This document shows positions 1 to 8,914 of a stretch of DNA of 64,000 nucleotides, one piece after another. The stretch spans positions 92,270 to 156,269 of the IMG/VR virus record IMGVR_UViG_3300048838_001106; one strand, 5' to 3'. Source of the stretch: a virus. How positions within the stretch are numbered: the first letter of the stretch is position 1; every line of letters begins with the position of its first letter. Position numbers and translations under genes: made by a program. Under the pieces are notes generated by a model. It was not told where the DNA came from. It was given only the letters and a program-made list of their open reading frames with translations, and ran no database searches.

Positions 1-68
1 CTCTTTTCATCTGCACAAAGATGTCTTGAACGACTATGAACGCCTTCTGTTGGAAGAAGAGGAGCGCC

Positions 69-599
69 GTGACACAAGATCCGAGACTTGAAGACCTCCG
101 ACGGCAGCTAAAAGCCGGATTATTCACGCGAGACATTGCAAAACTATGGAGGTGCTCACAAGCGACTGTCAATTACTGGATTCGCAAAGATCCAGAGCTT
201 GTTCGGCTCAGGGACCGCACGTTTCCGGCGAGAAAACGCACCACACGCAAAGTAAGCGACTTTATGTTGCAGAAATACATAGAAGATGGCTGGACACACA
301 AGCGCATAGCTGCGTTTACAGGCATGCACCTGTCCACGATACAGCGACGCATGAAAAAGGCACCACACCTTGAAATCTTGTACGAAGAAACCGCGCATCT
401 TCGAATAAACCGAGCAAAACTTCGAAAAAGCGCGAGAGAACAGCATGTACCAGAAATTGCCAGGCTCACGTGTCAAGGCTACACCTTAAAAGACATTGCG
501 AAGATGCGTGGCCTCACCAAAAGCAAAGTAACTCACATAAAAAGAGAATTCAGAGAATTGTTTCTGCATTACATGGAGACATTCAATGGCCAGACATGA
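69..599 (+). CDS. multi-HTH DNA-binding protein
   Basis: Three HTH-like units (TRDIAKLWRCSQATVNYW, THKRIAAFTGMHLSTIQRR, TLKDIAKMRGLTKSKV). GTG at 69 follows GAGGAG; alternative ATG at 36. Confidence 0.65.
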   Translation: MTQDPRLEDLRRQLKAGLFTRDIAKLWRCSQATVNYWIRKDPELVRLRDRTFPARKRTTRKVSDFMLQKYIEDGWTHKRIAAFTGMHLSTIQRRMKKAPHLEILYEETAHLRINRAKLRKSAREQHVPEIARLTCQGYTLKDIAKMRGLTKSKVTHIKREFRELFLHYMETFNGQT

Positions 600-837
600 T
601 TGGACACAGGAACACCTGTTCGGCGCATACATCATGAAAACAATGGAGATACTTTCTCTGAGCGAAGAACAGAACAACTCTGAAGAAGCTGACAAGATCC
701 GAGAAGACATGGAAAATCTCTGGAATGACATGGAACCAGAAACGGTAACTAAACTGCGCCCGGTATTGGGGCAACTAGGAGCGTTCTCTATTGTCCAGGA
801 CACTGTGCTTCATTACACAACCTTGTTTCACAAATGA
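586..837 (+). CDS. hypothetical protein
   Basis: 83 aa ORF overlapping the upstream stop, GGAG upstream. Confidence 0.55.
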   Translation: MARHDWTQEHLFGAYIMKTMEILSLSEEQNNSEEADKIREDMENLWNDMEPETVTKLRPVLGQLGAFSIVQDTVLHYTTLFHK

Positions 838-850
838 ATGACACAAAACG

Positions 851-885
851 GGTATAAGAACTTGTAATGAACAATGGAGTTCATT
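851..885 (+). promoter_or_regulatory. phage early promoter motif GGTATAAGAA plus 5' hairpin
   Basis: GGTATAAGAACTTGTAATG; hairpin AATGAAC-AATGGA-GTTCATT at 866-885. Motif recurs at least 8 times, always intergenic on the + strand. Confidence 0.7.
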
Positions 886-901
886 TGAGCAAGGAGACAA
901 C

Positions 902-1426
902 ATGTTTGTCATTCTTATGCAAGGACTTCCAGGCTCGGGTAAGTCCACAACCGTCGAGGGCCTTCGCCAGGCCCTTGAACAAAGTGACTACAAAGTAGTC
1001 GTCGTCTCCGCAGACGACTACTTTGTAGACGCATCTGGCGTCTACAACTTCGATCCGTCGAAGATCGTAGACGCCCACGCCCAGTGCCAGCTGAAATTTC
1101 AGGTGGCACTGGATAGTGATGAAGTAGAGTGCATCATCGTCGACAACACCAACACTCAGTGTTGGGAAGCGAAGCCATACGTGGAGATGGCTTCGCGAGT
1201 CGACTGCGCCGTCATCGTCGTTGAGGTCCACACAGACCTCGACGACGAGGCGCTCGCCGCGCGTAACACGCACGGCGTACCCGTGGGAGCCATTGCAGCC
1301 ATGCGAGCACGCATGGAGCCCCTCTGCAGAGACGATGCTCCCAGCATCGTCATGGGAGGAACGGTGGTCTCTAGACCCATCGCTACTTCCCGTATCCTGG
1401 CAAGCAAGGCTCCCTGGGAGTCTTGA
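902..1426 (+). CDS. AAA_33 / N4BP2-like P-loop (polynucleotide) kinase
   Basis: Walker A GLPGSGKST, SADDYF, YNFDPSKIVDAH, IVDNTN..WE..PY, RNTHGVP; AAGGAG RBS. Confidence 0.85.
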   Translation: MFVILMQGLPGSGKSTTVEGLRQALEQSDYKVVVVSADDYFVDASGVYNFDPSKIVDAHAQCQLKFQVALDSDEVECIIVDNTNTQCWEAKPYVEMASRVDCAVIVVEVHTDLDDEALAARNTHGVPVGAIAAMRARMEPLCRDDAPSIVMGGTVVSRPIATSRILASKAPWES

Positions 1427-1454
1427 ATTGCCACCCCACGCACAGAGAGCCGCG

Positions 1455-1496
1455 CCGCGCATACCTTTCCTCCAGGGTGTGCGCGGCTTTTTTTTC
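1455..1496 (+). terminator. intrinsic terminator
   Basis: GCCGCGCATACC...GGTGTGCGCGGC stem followed by a T-tract. Confidence 0.7.
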
Positions 1497-1517
1497 GCAT
1501 GGAGTAGGGAGATAGTT

Positions 1518-1892
1518 ATGGAATACTCAGAAAAAACCCACGCCCTCGGTGAGGAGCTGGACAGAATCAGCGAGCCTTACCACAAGGTAAAAGCTCGGCT
1601 TGCAGCGCACACCGAGGCCATGGAGCAAAAAGCGGAAGGGGACATCTTTCATGTTCCGAGCTTTGAAGACATTCTTCTCGCCGCCCGTCTTGAAAGGCGC
1701 TACGCAGCGTTACACACGGACTACACCGCGGCTCTCGAAGCCTACCGCGAAAGCAAGTGGGCCGAAGAGAGGGCGAATCCGGACTACGATCCGGTGGCAG
1801 AGTTCTTTGACGGGCTCGAGCTAGACCACCCTGACACGCAAATCTACTCCTACCGAGTTGGCGGGGAGGATGGGTGGCAGAGGGTTAAGTAG
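1518..1892 (+). CDS. hypothetical protein
   Basis: ATG at 1518 with GGAG RBS, inside ORF 1221..1892. Confidence 0.6.
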   Translation: MEYSEKTHALGEELDRISEPYHKVKARLAAHTEAMEQKAEGDIFHVPSFEDILLAARLERRYAALHTDYTAALEAYRESKWAEERANPDYDPVAEFFDGLELDHPDTQIYSYRVGGEDGWQRVK

Positions 1893-1937
1893 ATCAGTCG
1901 CAAAGCGCTCGAAGGTCTTTAAGGTTCAGCACTTTCC

Positions 1938-1964
1938 AGGGACAATTCCGTCCCTCTTTTTTAG
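1938..1964 (+). terminator. intrinsic terminator (TTTTTAG type)
   Basis: GGGAC-AATTCC-GTCCC then CTTTTTTAG. Confidence 0.6.
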
Positions 1965-1988
1965 GTCACAAATCGGGGGCATGGAACG

Positions 1989-2047
1989 GGTATAAGAACA
2001 TGATCAATCGACACAATTAAGTGTCTGATCTATAAGGAGTTCTTATG
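1989..2047 (+). promoter_or_regulatory. early promoter, hairpin and GGAGTTCTTATG start motif
   Basis: GGTATAAGAA 1989-1998; GACAC-AATTAA-GTGTC hairpin; GGAGTTCTTATG 2036-2047. Confidence 0.7.
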
Positions 2048-2290
2048 TCGAAATTCAATCCTGCAGATTATGAGACGGTTGTGTCCCCTGAGGGGCTTGA
2101 GCTAGAGATGGCTCAAGTCGCGATGCGCAGGGAGGAGGAGCGAAAGCTCTGGCGCCCCCCGCATCCCGACGACTTAGCCGAGATGGAGGAAGAGCGGGAG
2201 GAGGAGGCGTACCAGCGCCGTCTACAAATGGAGGACGAGGCGCTCGAGCGCCACCTAGACCGGCAGCTCTGGAAAGAGCAGCTGGATTAG
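2045..2290 (+). CDS. acidic hypothetical protein
   Basis: 81 aa ORF with AAGGAG RBS, between promoter motif and T-tract. Confidence 0.65.
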   Translation: MSKFNPADYETVVSPEGLELEMAQVAMRREEERKLWRPPHPDDLAEMEEEREEEAYQRRLQMEDEALERHLDRQLWKEQLD

Positions 2291-2398
2291 CTCCTCGGGT
2301 TTCCTTCTACACCAGCGCTCCTGCGCCTTCTTTTTAGCTCACAAATTCCACACCCAATACTGGTGCAAGAAGCTGCGCAGAAATCGAAGACAAGAGCT

Positions 2399-2439
2399 GG
2401 TATAAGTTTGTGCAGACCATTGAAATAGATCGATGTCTG
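2399..2439 (+). promoter_or_regulatory. early promoter variant plus hairpin
   Basis: GGTATAAGTTTG; hairpin 2413-2439 with AATAGA loop. Confidence 0.55.
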
Positions 2440-2455
2440 ATAATCGGAGCACGAT

Positions 2456-2902
2456 ATGAGTGACGTAAAGAAAGGGTTTAACATCACGGTCGGTGTAGTA
2501 CTGGCACTGATCTTTGCATTTGTGATTCTCCCAACAGGAGCCTGTGTGGGGTGCATGGTTCTTGGAGCCGGCTCTGCTGGGGTTGCCGAAGCCAACAGGC
2601 AGGTTGAGCAAGAGAAGCTCGGTCCAGAAATCGAATTCAGCGGACTGGACTTTAAGGTGATTCCAAAAGGGCAGACAATTAGTGACGTGGCCTACAAGTT
2701 CACTGTCGTCAACAATCGCGACACAGAACTTACCAAGTCATTCGGTGTCAAATTCCTGGACGCTGAGGGATTTCCCGTCGTTGAAGACACGCTCCTATTT
2801 GAGACTATTCCAGCGAGGTCTAGGCGCGTTGTTACAGGAGCACGCCTGGTGAAAAACCACCTGGCTGAAGCGGCACAGAGCATGAACGTAGAGGAAAAGT
2901 AG
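2456..2902 (+). CDS. membrane-anchored protein with FxLYD-like Ig domain
   Basis: N-terminal hydrophobic helix; TVVNN...VKFLDAEG..V pattern. Confidence 0.6.
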   Translation: MSDVKKGFNITVGVVLALIFAFVILPTGACVGCMVLGAGSAGVAEANRQVEQEKLGPEIEFSGLDFKVIPKGQTISDVAYKFTVVNNRDTELTKSFGVKFLDAEGFPVVEDTLLFETIPARSRRVVTGARLVKNHLAEAAQSMNVEEK

Positions 2903-2929
2903 CACCACAGAAAACCAACACGGCGATCT

Positions 2930-2985
2930 GGTATAAGAAGTTGTAATGAACAATGAAGTTCATACACACCAATGGAGTTCTTATG
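2930..2985 (+). promoter_or_regulatory. early promoter, hairpin and GGAGTTCTTATG start motif
   Basis: GGTATAAGAAGTTGTAATG; ATGAAC-AATGAA-GTTCAT; GGAGTTCTTATG 2974-2985. Confidence 0.7.
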
Positions 2986-3306
2986 AAGATCACTGTGTTC
3001 AGACGAAAGCCTTCAACTAAGGCAGAGATGATCTCGGCTATCGTCGTTATGGCGATAGCAGGTATTGTAATCTACATCGACGCCCAGGCCGAGAAGGCCG
3101 CTTGGGCGTCCCTGCCCAAAAGGCCGGAGCCCCGTGCTTCGGCTAAAAACACGGCCGACTCGCTCGAGGGTTATGCCCTCGAATTAGAGGAGTGGCTGTG
3201 CCGACGAGGCAGGCACGCTCCGGACAATGTCCGAGCTCACGCGCTCCGCGAGGCGGAGCAGGCACGCCACACGGCGTTCCAGGTAAGGTACATGAGAGCG
3301 TCGTGA
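2983..3306 (+). CDS. hypothetical single-TM protein
   Basis: ATG at 2983 with GGAG; TM segment MISAIVVMAIAGIVIYI. Confidence 0.6.
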   Translation: MKITVFRRKPSTKAEMISAIVVMAIAGIVIYIDAQAEKAAWASLPKRPEPRASAKNTADSLEGYALELEEWLCRRGRHAPDNVRAHALREAEQARHTAFQVRYMRAS

Positions 3307-3336
3307 GTTGAAACGCCGTGTGGCTAGACTAGCTCA

Positions 3337-3366
3337 GGAGGTAATTCCACCTCCTCTTTTTTTTAG
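3337..3366 (+). terminator. intrinsic terminator (TTTTTAG type)
   Basis: GGAGGT-AATTCC-ACCTCC then TCTTTTTTTTAG. Confidence 0.7.
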
Positions 3367-3434
3367 ATGCCGTCAGATTGCGCGACCCTGATCTCGCAGG
3401 TATAACTGCAAAATACGATGTATTAGAGGAAGAC

Positions 3435-4265
3435 ATGTACAATCTTGGTTTTGCAACCGTTATGAAGACAGCAGGGCTATCTAAGACGGCTGTCACCCTG
3501 GATCAACTACGAAAGGCGACCAGTGCTCTGCAGAAAAACACGACTGTTGTCCGCAGAAGTCTCATGCCCGATGATATTTCTGGGGGATACTCGGGCGTAA
3601 TTAGGCCCAGGAACCACCTCCCAGAAACCTTTGGATTGGGACCAAATACGCTGGGAAAAACCAAAGACAAAGACCTAGAAAGTAAGTTACGACAGATATA
3701 TGGGGATATGTTGGACTGGTATCCCGAGGAAGATGTGGATCAGGCGCTCCAGGACGCTCTTGCAAGAACCAAGGCCGTGCACCAGCCATTTATGGCAGGC
3801 GGTAGGTCTACTATTTATCAGGGAGGAAGCCCTGCTATATGGATGAAGCACCTTGTCGACAGTGGCGATTTTCCATCCCCTCAAGCGCAAGGATTCCAGA
3901 ACATGCTTAAATCCGGACCAGGACAGGAGGCATTTAATCGGTCTACCCTGCTACATGAAGGGTCCGAAATCGGTAAGCAATTTGGTAAAAGGCTGTTTGA
4001 ATCTCATTTGTCTACAAGGCCCATGCTCCAGGATATGAATATCGCAGCTACACTGCGCGGCCCAGGTAGCGAAGCTGCAGGAGCCATCAAAGACCTGCGT
4101 GCACCAGAAGTGGCGTCGTTGAACAAGTACGTTCCGGGCCTGGAGCGTCTAAATCTCGGAGAAAATCGAATTTCTCGCCACGCCCAGAAGCGCATCCAGC
4201 AATCTTACGAGCGCAGCCTCGACAGAGAAGGCGTGAAGGGTATTCCCGGTATTAACGCGCCTTGA
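3435..4265 (+). CDS. KxA-leader putative virion cargo protein with HE motif
   Basis: ATG at 3435 (GAGGA RBS); leader YNLGFATVMKTAGLSKTA; LLHEGSE...ESHLS. Confidence 0.65.
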   Translation: MYNLGFATVMKTAGLSKTAVTLDQLRKATSALQKNTTVVRRSLMPDDISGGYSGVIRPRNHLPETFGLGPNTLGKTKDKDLESKLRQIYGDMLDWYPEEDVDQALQDALARTKAVHQPFMAGGRSTIYQGGSPAIWMKHLVDSGDFPSPQAQGFQNMLKSGPGQEAFNRSTLLHEGSEIGKQFGKRLFESHLSTRPMLQDMNIAATLRGPGSEAAGAIKDLRAPEVASLNKYVPGLERLNLGENRISRHAQKRIQQSYERSLDREGVKGIPGINAP

Positions 4266-4272
4266 CCTGCTT

Positions 4273-4926
4273 TCACATCACCTTCAAGTACTTCGGCGCG
4301 ATAATCCCAGTAGGCGTGTGAATCGACGCATGCGGTACATTTGCCGCGTAGTACCCTTCGTTGTCAGGGTCCTCATAATGCTTCCACAATTCCTCTGGTG
4401 TCCGAGCTTGCAGCTCTCGAAGCTCAGCGTCCTCTAAGAACCGACGCCGCGTGTCTCCGCGACCATCCGGGGTCAGCTCAATCCCGAAGGCACGCGTCTC
4501 GGGCTCATCACGCATAAGTGCATCCATGTCGACCTGGATTTTTGCGTAATCGTTCTGGCGAAGCGGATGCGCGTCTGCCAGTTGAACCGTGTCCGGAATA
4601 TCAGAGAACATGACATTCGGGCCTTCAAAGACGTCCTTCTCGTAGCCGGCTTGCGTACCCTGAATCGCGGACAGCAAGCGCCCTGTGCGCGTGCCTTTTG
4701 CCAGGGCCACGGCCTTCAGCAGCTCAGGGTTGGCAACCAGCCCTTTGTTCCCCGCAAGGCCGTGCGTCATAATCGAGTCTACCGAGGCAGGCGGCGCGTA
4801 GTGATAGACAGGAGCAAGGGGTTGAGGTGTTGGAGGTGTGACAACAGCAGGCGCAGGCGCAGGAACAACAGCGTCGAGCTCAGCAGTTTTGAGGACCAGG
4901 TTGTAGCCTACAGCATAGCTATTCAT
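4273..4926 (-). CDS. KxA-leader cargo, Tpt1/KptA-like ADP-ribosyltransferase fold
   Basis: Leader YAVGYNLVLKTA; VYHYAP..VDSIMTHGL, NVMFS, C-terminal IIAPKYL. Confidence 0.55.
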   Translation of the reverse strand: MNSYAVGYNLVLKTAELDAVVPAPAPAVVTPPTPQPLAPVYHYAPPASVDSIMTHGLAGNKGLVANPELLKAVALAKGTRTGRLLSAIQGTQAGYEKDVFEGPNVMFSDIPDTVQLADAHPLRQNDYAKIQVDMDALMRDEPETRAFGIELTPDGRGDTRRRFLEDAELRELQARTPEELWKHYEDPDNEGYYAANVPHASIHTPTGIIAPKYLKVM

Positions 4927-5831
4927 CGTTCAAAGTACCCCAGACCAAGTCTGTCGCGGAGAGCCTGGCCTTCTTCTGCAGTGATATAGAAGCGTCCACC
5001 GGGCTGTACTGCGTCTTTGAACTGCGTGCGAATCAAGCGGCGCGCTTCGTTCGCCTCGTCACTTATGTTCGGATCATGTTGCATATTTTTAATGTTGTCA
5101 AAATACGCGATGCCCGGCCTTTTCACCGTGCCTATATCGTCTACCATTGGAGAGGCCCAGCTGTTCCCAACCCCTTTTTGCCATGCACGGTCAATCGCCA
5201 CCTCCGCATTCCATAAGAGGTCTGGGTCGCGTGCTATGCGATCAGACGTCTCTCGCTCTATTACATGGTTAGGCGACAGTGGCGTATCGAAAGGTAAGGT
5301 GGTCTCGGCATGAAAAGGCCGCGTTCGTCCTCCGAACCCGTCATAACTACTTTGGGTGGGTGCTCCTGTCCAAAGATCCATGTTTTGAAGTTTCCACTTA
5401 TCTGTGTCGGCTTTTGAGGCGTCCACGTGGGTGGGGACGTATTCAGGATTTGCGCTGGTAAAGCGTGTTATTTGATGGCCTCGAGGACCACCAACCACAT
5501 CTTGAACTCTGAGCCCAACCGGCACTTCCTCACCCAACACACCTGGAATGACTTGCTTCGAAGGGAGTATTGGGAACGCATGACGCCAGCCTTTGCCTGC
5601 CAAAGCACCCAAGGCAGCTGTAGCCGCGCCGCCTACAACAGGCTTCGTCCAGTCGGGTTTTCGGTCGTTGACGAGCGTGTCTATTCCGAAACTTCCAGCG
5701 CCTATCGCACCGCCAGCAGCCCCAAGCCCGATCGCATTCCGCGTAGCAGGGTGTAAGTCGTGCCACTTACTGAGGTCGAGCTTCGCAATCTTCATCAAGT
5801 GGGCGTACCCAGATTCGTAGTGTCTATTCAT
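4923..5831 (-). CDS. KxA-leader cargo with Gly-rich hydrophobic segments
   Basis: Leader YESGYAHLMKIA; AIGLGAAGGAIGAG and VVGGAATAALGALAG. Confidence 0.65.
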   Translation of the reverse strand: MNRHYESGYAHLMKIAKLDLSKWHDLHPATRNAIGLGAAGGAIGAGSFGIDTLVNDRKPDWTKPVVGGAATAALGALAGKGWRHAFPILPSKQVIPGVLGEEVPVGLRVQDVVGGPRGHQITRFTSANPEYVPTHVDASKADTDKWKLQNMDLWTGAPTQSSYDGFGGRTRPFHAETTLPFDTPLSPNHVIERETSDRIARDPDLLWNAEVAIDRAWQKGVGNSWASPMVDDIGTVKRPGIAYFDNIKNMQHDPNISDEANEARRLIRTQFKDAVQPGGRFYITAEEGQALRDRLGLGYFER

Positions 5832-5835
5832 AATC

Positions 5836-7263
5836 TCAAAACTCCGGCTTCTTGCCTTTCGATTTGGAAAAGTCTTCCATCAATTCCAGGCCGCCATCTT
5901 TTGTTGGCCGCCAGCGTTTGGTCAAAGTAGGTCTTAGAGCACCTTCGGTGACTACTTTTTCGTAGTAGGGGGAGGTGTCAACGTGGGTGGGGTCTAACAT
6001 CTTCGACGAGGCAATTTCCTCAGGAGACAGGTATCGAGAGTCCCTGGCTACGTGCGCGTGCCAGGGACTTTGCTCTTTAGGGGGGACTTTCGCAGGGTCA
6101 AACTCGAACACAGACGCTCTATTATGTGTGCCTTCGGCGTATTGCCGGGCCACGTCTGGATGCCCTGTCACCCACGTAGGATCTTTAGGCTCTACAACCT
6201 GGTACGGACTCTGAGCTCTGTATGCACGAGATGCCGGGTCGAACATACTGTGTGACTTAAAAATCTCACCCGTCGAATAATTCAACGTTTGAATATCTGG
6301 ATCTATGGGAGAGACGGGTGTAGCTCTCGTGTTCATGATGTATTTTCTCAGGCGAGAGCGCGCAGAATCCGCTTCGAGTTTCGCCTCCCTTGCAGCAGCA
6401 AATATCGCGGCCATATCTTCTCGAGGCATTCTCTGAGGATTTCTTACAGCGTTGTGCACCGTGTCGAGCACAGGATTGAGCGCCGAAGAGGACGTCCGAG
6501 ACTCACTAACCCGGAGTTTGTCCGAGAGAGTTGCCAGCGCCTCAGCTGGAAACGCGGATAGTACATCTCCGGAATCTTGCAAATAAGAATCTACCAGGAA
6601 GGAGATGTCTTGTGCCTTCTCTTCTGGGGACATGACGCGCTCTAGGGTCCGCACAACATCGTGCGGCGACGCATCGTCTGGCAACGCCCTCAGATCGCGC
6701 TGAGCGTCAGGGTGCGCAAAACTAAACAACCTGGCTTGCTGAAGATTAGCAGGATCTGAGGATTGCCTAATCCACGAGGCTGGAACAGGGATGTTCTCAG
6801 CCCCAAGAATGCCAACAGCCTCTTCTGGCTTGAGAGGCCGATCGTGTAGCAGCTTATTGACACTGTATTGGATATTAGGGTTCAGGGCCTCGCCAGCAGA
6901 CGCGTGAAGATGGTCTTCCCGAAGCGGGTTCCGCGGCAAGAAAGACTTCAAATACTTCTCAGGCTCATAAGTTTTAGACAATATGATCTGTTCAATGTCT
7001 TCAGACACGGGCAATCTTCGGGCAGTGTCAGCTAAAGGCGAGAACCGCGAATCTTGCGAACTTGTCCATTCGCGAATCGCAGATGGAACGCCTTCCCAGT
7101 CGCCCGTGCGTCTCCCCCACTGCAATCTCTCTGCAGACACAGGTGCATTGGGGTGCTCGATGTCCAGGAGCTTCTTCAAGAGCCTTGTGTTGATTGCCGT
7201 CTTTTCCAGGCCGGCCACTTTGACCACCGAATTGTATCCATCGATATAACTTGACCGCATCAA
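5836..7263 (-). CDS. KxA-leader cargo with C-terminal ADP-ribosyltransferase-like domain
   Basis: Leader YIDGYNSVVKVAGLEKTA; C-terminal AYRAQ, WVTGHPDVARQYA, SVFEFD, YEKVV. Confidence 0.55.
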   Translation of the reverse strand: MMRSSYIDGYNSVVKVAGLEKTAINTRLLKKLLDIEHPNAPVSAERLQWGRRTGDWEGVPSAIREWTSSQDSRFSPLADTARRLPVSEDIEQIILSKTYEPEKYLKSFLPRNPLREDHLHASAGEALNPNIQYSVNKLLHDRPLKPEEAVGILGAENIPVPASWIRQSSDPANLQQARLFSFAHPDAQRDLRALPDDASPHDVVRTLERVMSPEEKAQDISFLVDSYLQDSGDVLSAFPAEALATLSDKLRVSESRTSSSALNPVLDTVHNAVRNPQRMPREDMAAIFAAAREAKLEADSARSRLRKYIMNTRATPVSPIDPDIQTLNYSTGEIFKSHSMFDPASRAYRAQSPYQVVEPKDPTWVTGHPDVARQYAEGTHNRASVFEFDPAKVPPKEQSPWHAHVARDSRYLSPEEIASSKMLDPTHVDTSPYYEKVVTEGALRPTLTKRWRPTKDGGLELMEDFSKSKGKKPEF

Positions 7264-8357
7264 GTCCTCCTGGAAGGCCGCTGCACGGCGGTGGCAACCG
7301 CAGGCAGTGCCTCGGTGTGCGCGGCATACGGCGCTGGCACTGTTTCAGCGCGCGGACCTTGTCTGTGCACTTTCTTTACTGGTATCTCTCCTCGATGCAT
7401 GTAAGCACGCATGTCCGATGCTGAGCTGGACAGCCTTGTGAGCGGGGTGGGGCCGCCCCACTGTGCGCGCTGCAAGTTCGGGAAGTAGCCAGATTTTGGA
7501 TTAGCCGCGCCCTCCTCTACGTGGATACCATGACCCGTTTGCGGAGAATACACGCCATCCGACGGGCGCGTCGGTATGAAGTCCACAACCTTTGATCTTC
7601 CGTCCGCTGTTACAGCAATGTTGTTGCCGTGACTAGACCGCTGCCATGTGTCAGCGAAGTCCTCGCTGCGAAATCCTGGGTGCGCCCGGTCTAGAGACCT
7701 ACGAAGCGCCGCCTCGTCATAGTGCGTGTTGCCGCCTGTCTGTGCGTGAGGCACGTACTCCGTGTAGTGAGTTCGATACTCCTTGCCGGTGACTGGACTG
7801 GTGACCGTCTTTGCGCCGTACAGCTCTGTAAGAGGATTGTCCTCCTTGGCGAAGCGGCGTTGCGATGCCTGCATGATTTGTTCTTTTCGCCTCACGCCCT
7901 TAGGAGAGTAGATGGCCGAGTCCGGGTTGTACGTCTTGCGTGCGACCAGTTGACCTTTGTGAGCCACTAGATCTGCGATGCCTTCACCGCCAGTTCCCAG
8001 GTGACCGACGTATTCCCTGGGAGAGTAGCCTCGCTGCTGCATGGTAGCTAGAAGCTGGTTCGCCTTGTCAGGAGAGGCACCTGCCTGGATGCGGTCAGGA
8101 GCAAGGCGAGTCTTTTTTAGAGGCGTTTGTGGTGCGGTGGCGCCAGGAAACGCCGCAGCAGTCTCCGCGTACGCTGAAGGCTGTGTTTCGGCTACGGTCG
8201 AAGCGTACCTAGTCGGCGCTGCTTTGTTGACATAAGATGGCTCCGTGCTCTTTAACAGAGACCGCAATATCTTTGTCTCTCGCCTGGCCGCTTCTTTTTC
8301 GAGCAGCCCTGCAGCAGCGTATACAGCGTCCATGCCGTCGAAGTAGTTTCTGGTCAT
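7260..8357 (-). CDS. KxA-leader cargo, protein kinase-like (PKL fold)
   Basis: Leader YFDGMDAVYAAAGLLEKEA; GTGGEG loop, VARK lysine, TEYVP hinge, D...HGNNI, KVVDF. Confidence 0.75.
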   Translation of the reverse strand: MTRNYFDGMDAVYAAAGLLEKEAARRETKILRSLLKSTEPSYVNKAAPTRYASTVAETQPSAYAETAAAFPGATAPQTPLKKTRLAPDRIQAGASPDKANQLLATMQQRGYSPREYVGHLGTGGEGIADLVAHKGQLVARKTYNPDSAIYSPKGVRRKEQIMQASQRRFAKEDNPLTELYGAKTVTSPVTGKEYRTHYTEYVPHAQTGGNTHYDEAALRRSLDRAHPGFRSEDFADTWQRSSHGNNIAVTADGRSKVVDFIPTRPSDGVYSPQTGHGIHVEEGAANPKSGYFPNLQRAQWGGPTPLTRLSSSASDMRAYMHRGEIPVKKVHRQGPRAETVPAPYAAHTEALPAVATAVQRPSRRT

Positions 8358-8897
8358 TTACTTGGTCCGGGAGTACAAATAGGTAGCAGCTGCACCAGGA
8401 GCACCGACGTAGAGGGCCGCGTCAGACACGGACACGCCTTTTCTGGCCGTGTCTTTTAAGTCACGGAGCATCTTAGATCCCTTCGCCCCAACACTTTTTG
8501 CTGGCAGCCTGGCGACCTTCATTATGGTGTTGTAGCCATCACTGTAGCTGCTTTCTTTGCTGAAATGGTCGTGCAGTTTGTTTACGCCGTAAACTGTGGC
8601 GCCTATACCACCCAAGATTCCTGCGCCGGCGAGTCTTCGCCCCTTCATGGTCATCTTCCTGTTAGCGATGGCCTTGTGCCCGGCGTCTTCCATCGGAATG
8701 CCCTCGTCCACCATTTTCCTGATGGCCCTGGACGAGTCCTTGTCGCGCTTGGTGTCAACTGTCATGTTGAGGTACTTTAAGCCAGCCGCATTTGCTGCCG
8801 TGCCCCCAATGGCCGCCGCCGCACCAGGAGGCAAAGCAGATTCTTCTTGGTACGTGGCATATGCTGGCGCAGGGCCGTAGCCCAATTTTGTTGTCAT
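8358..8897 (-). CDS. Gly/Ala-rich membrane-type protein with internal KxA leader
   Basis: Three hydrophobic Gly/Ala segments; internal YSDGYNTIMKVA at 8511-8546. Confidence 0.65.
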   Translation of the reverse strand: MTTKLGYGPAPAYATYQEESALPPGAAAAIGGTAANAAGLKYLNMTVDTKRDKDSSRAIRKMVDEGIPMEDAGHKAIANRKMTMKGRRLAGAGILGGIGATVYGVNKLHDHFSKESSYSDGYNTIMKVARLPAKSVGAKGSKMLRDLKDTARKGVSVSDAALYVGAPGAAATYLYSRTK

Positions 8898-8914
8898 CGT
8901 GGTTCTCGCCGTGG

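Noticed and set aside
851-3366. Integron attC cassette array
   Set aside because: Inverted AAC/GTT ends occur in one copy but do not fit RYYYAAC/GTTRRRY; no integrase is seen; the elements sit 5' of genes like promoters.
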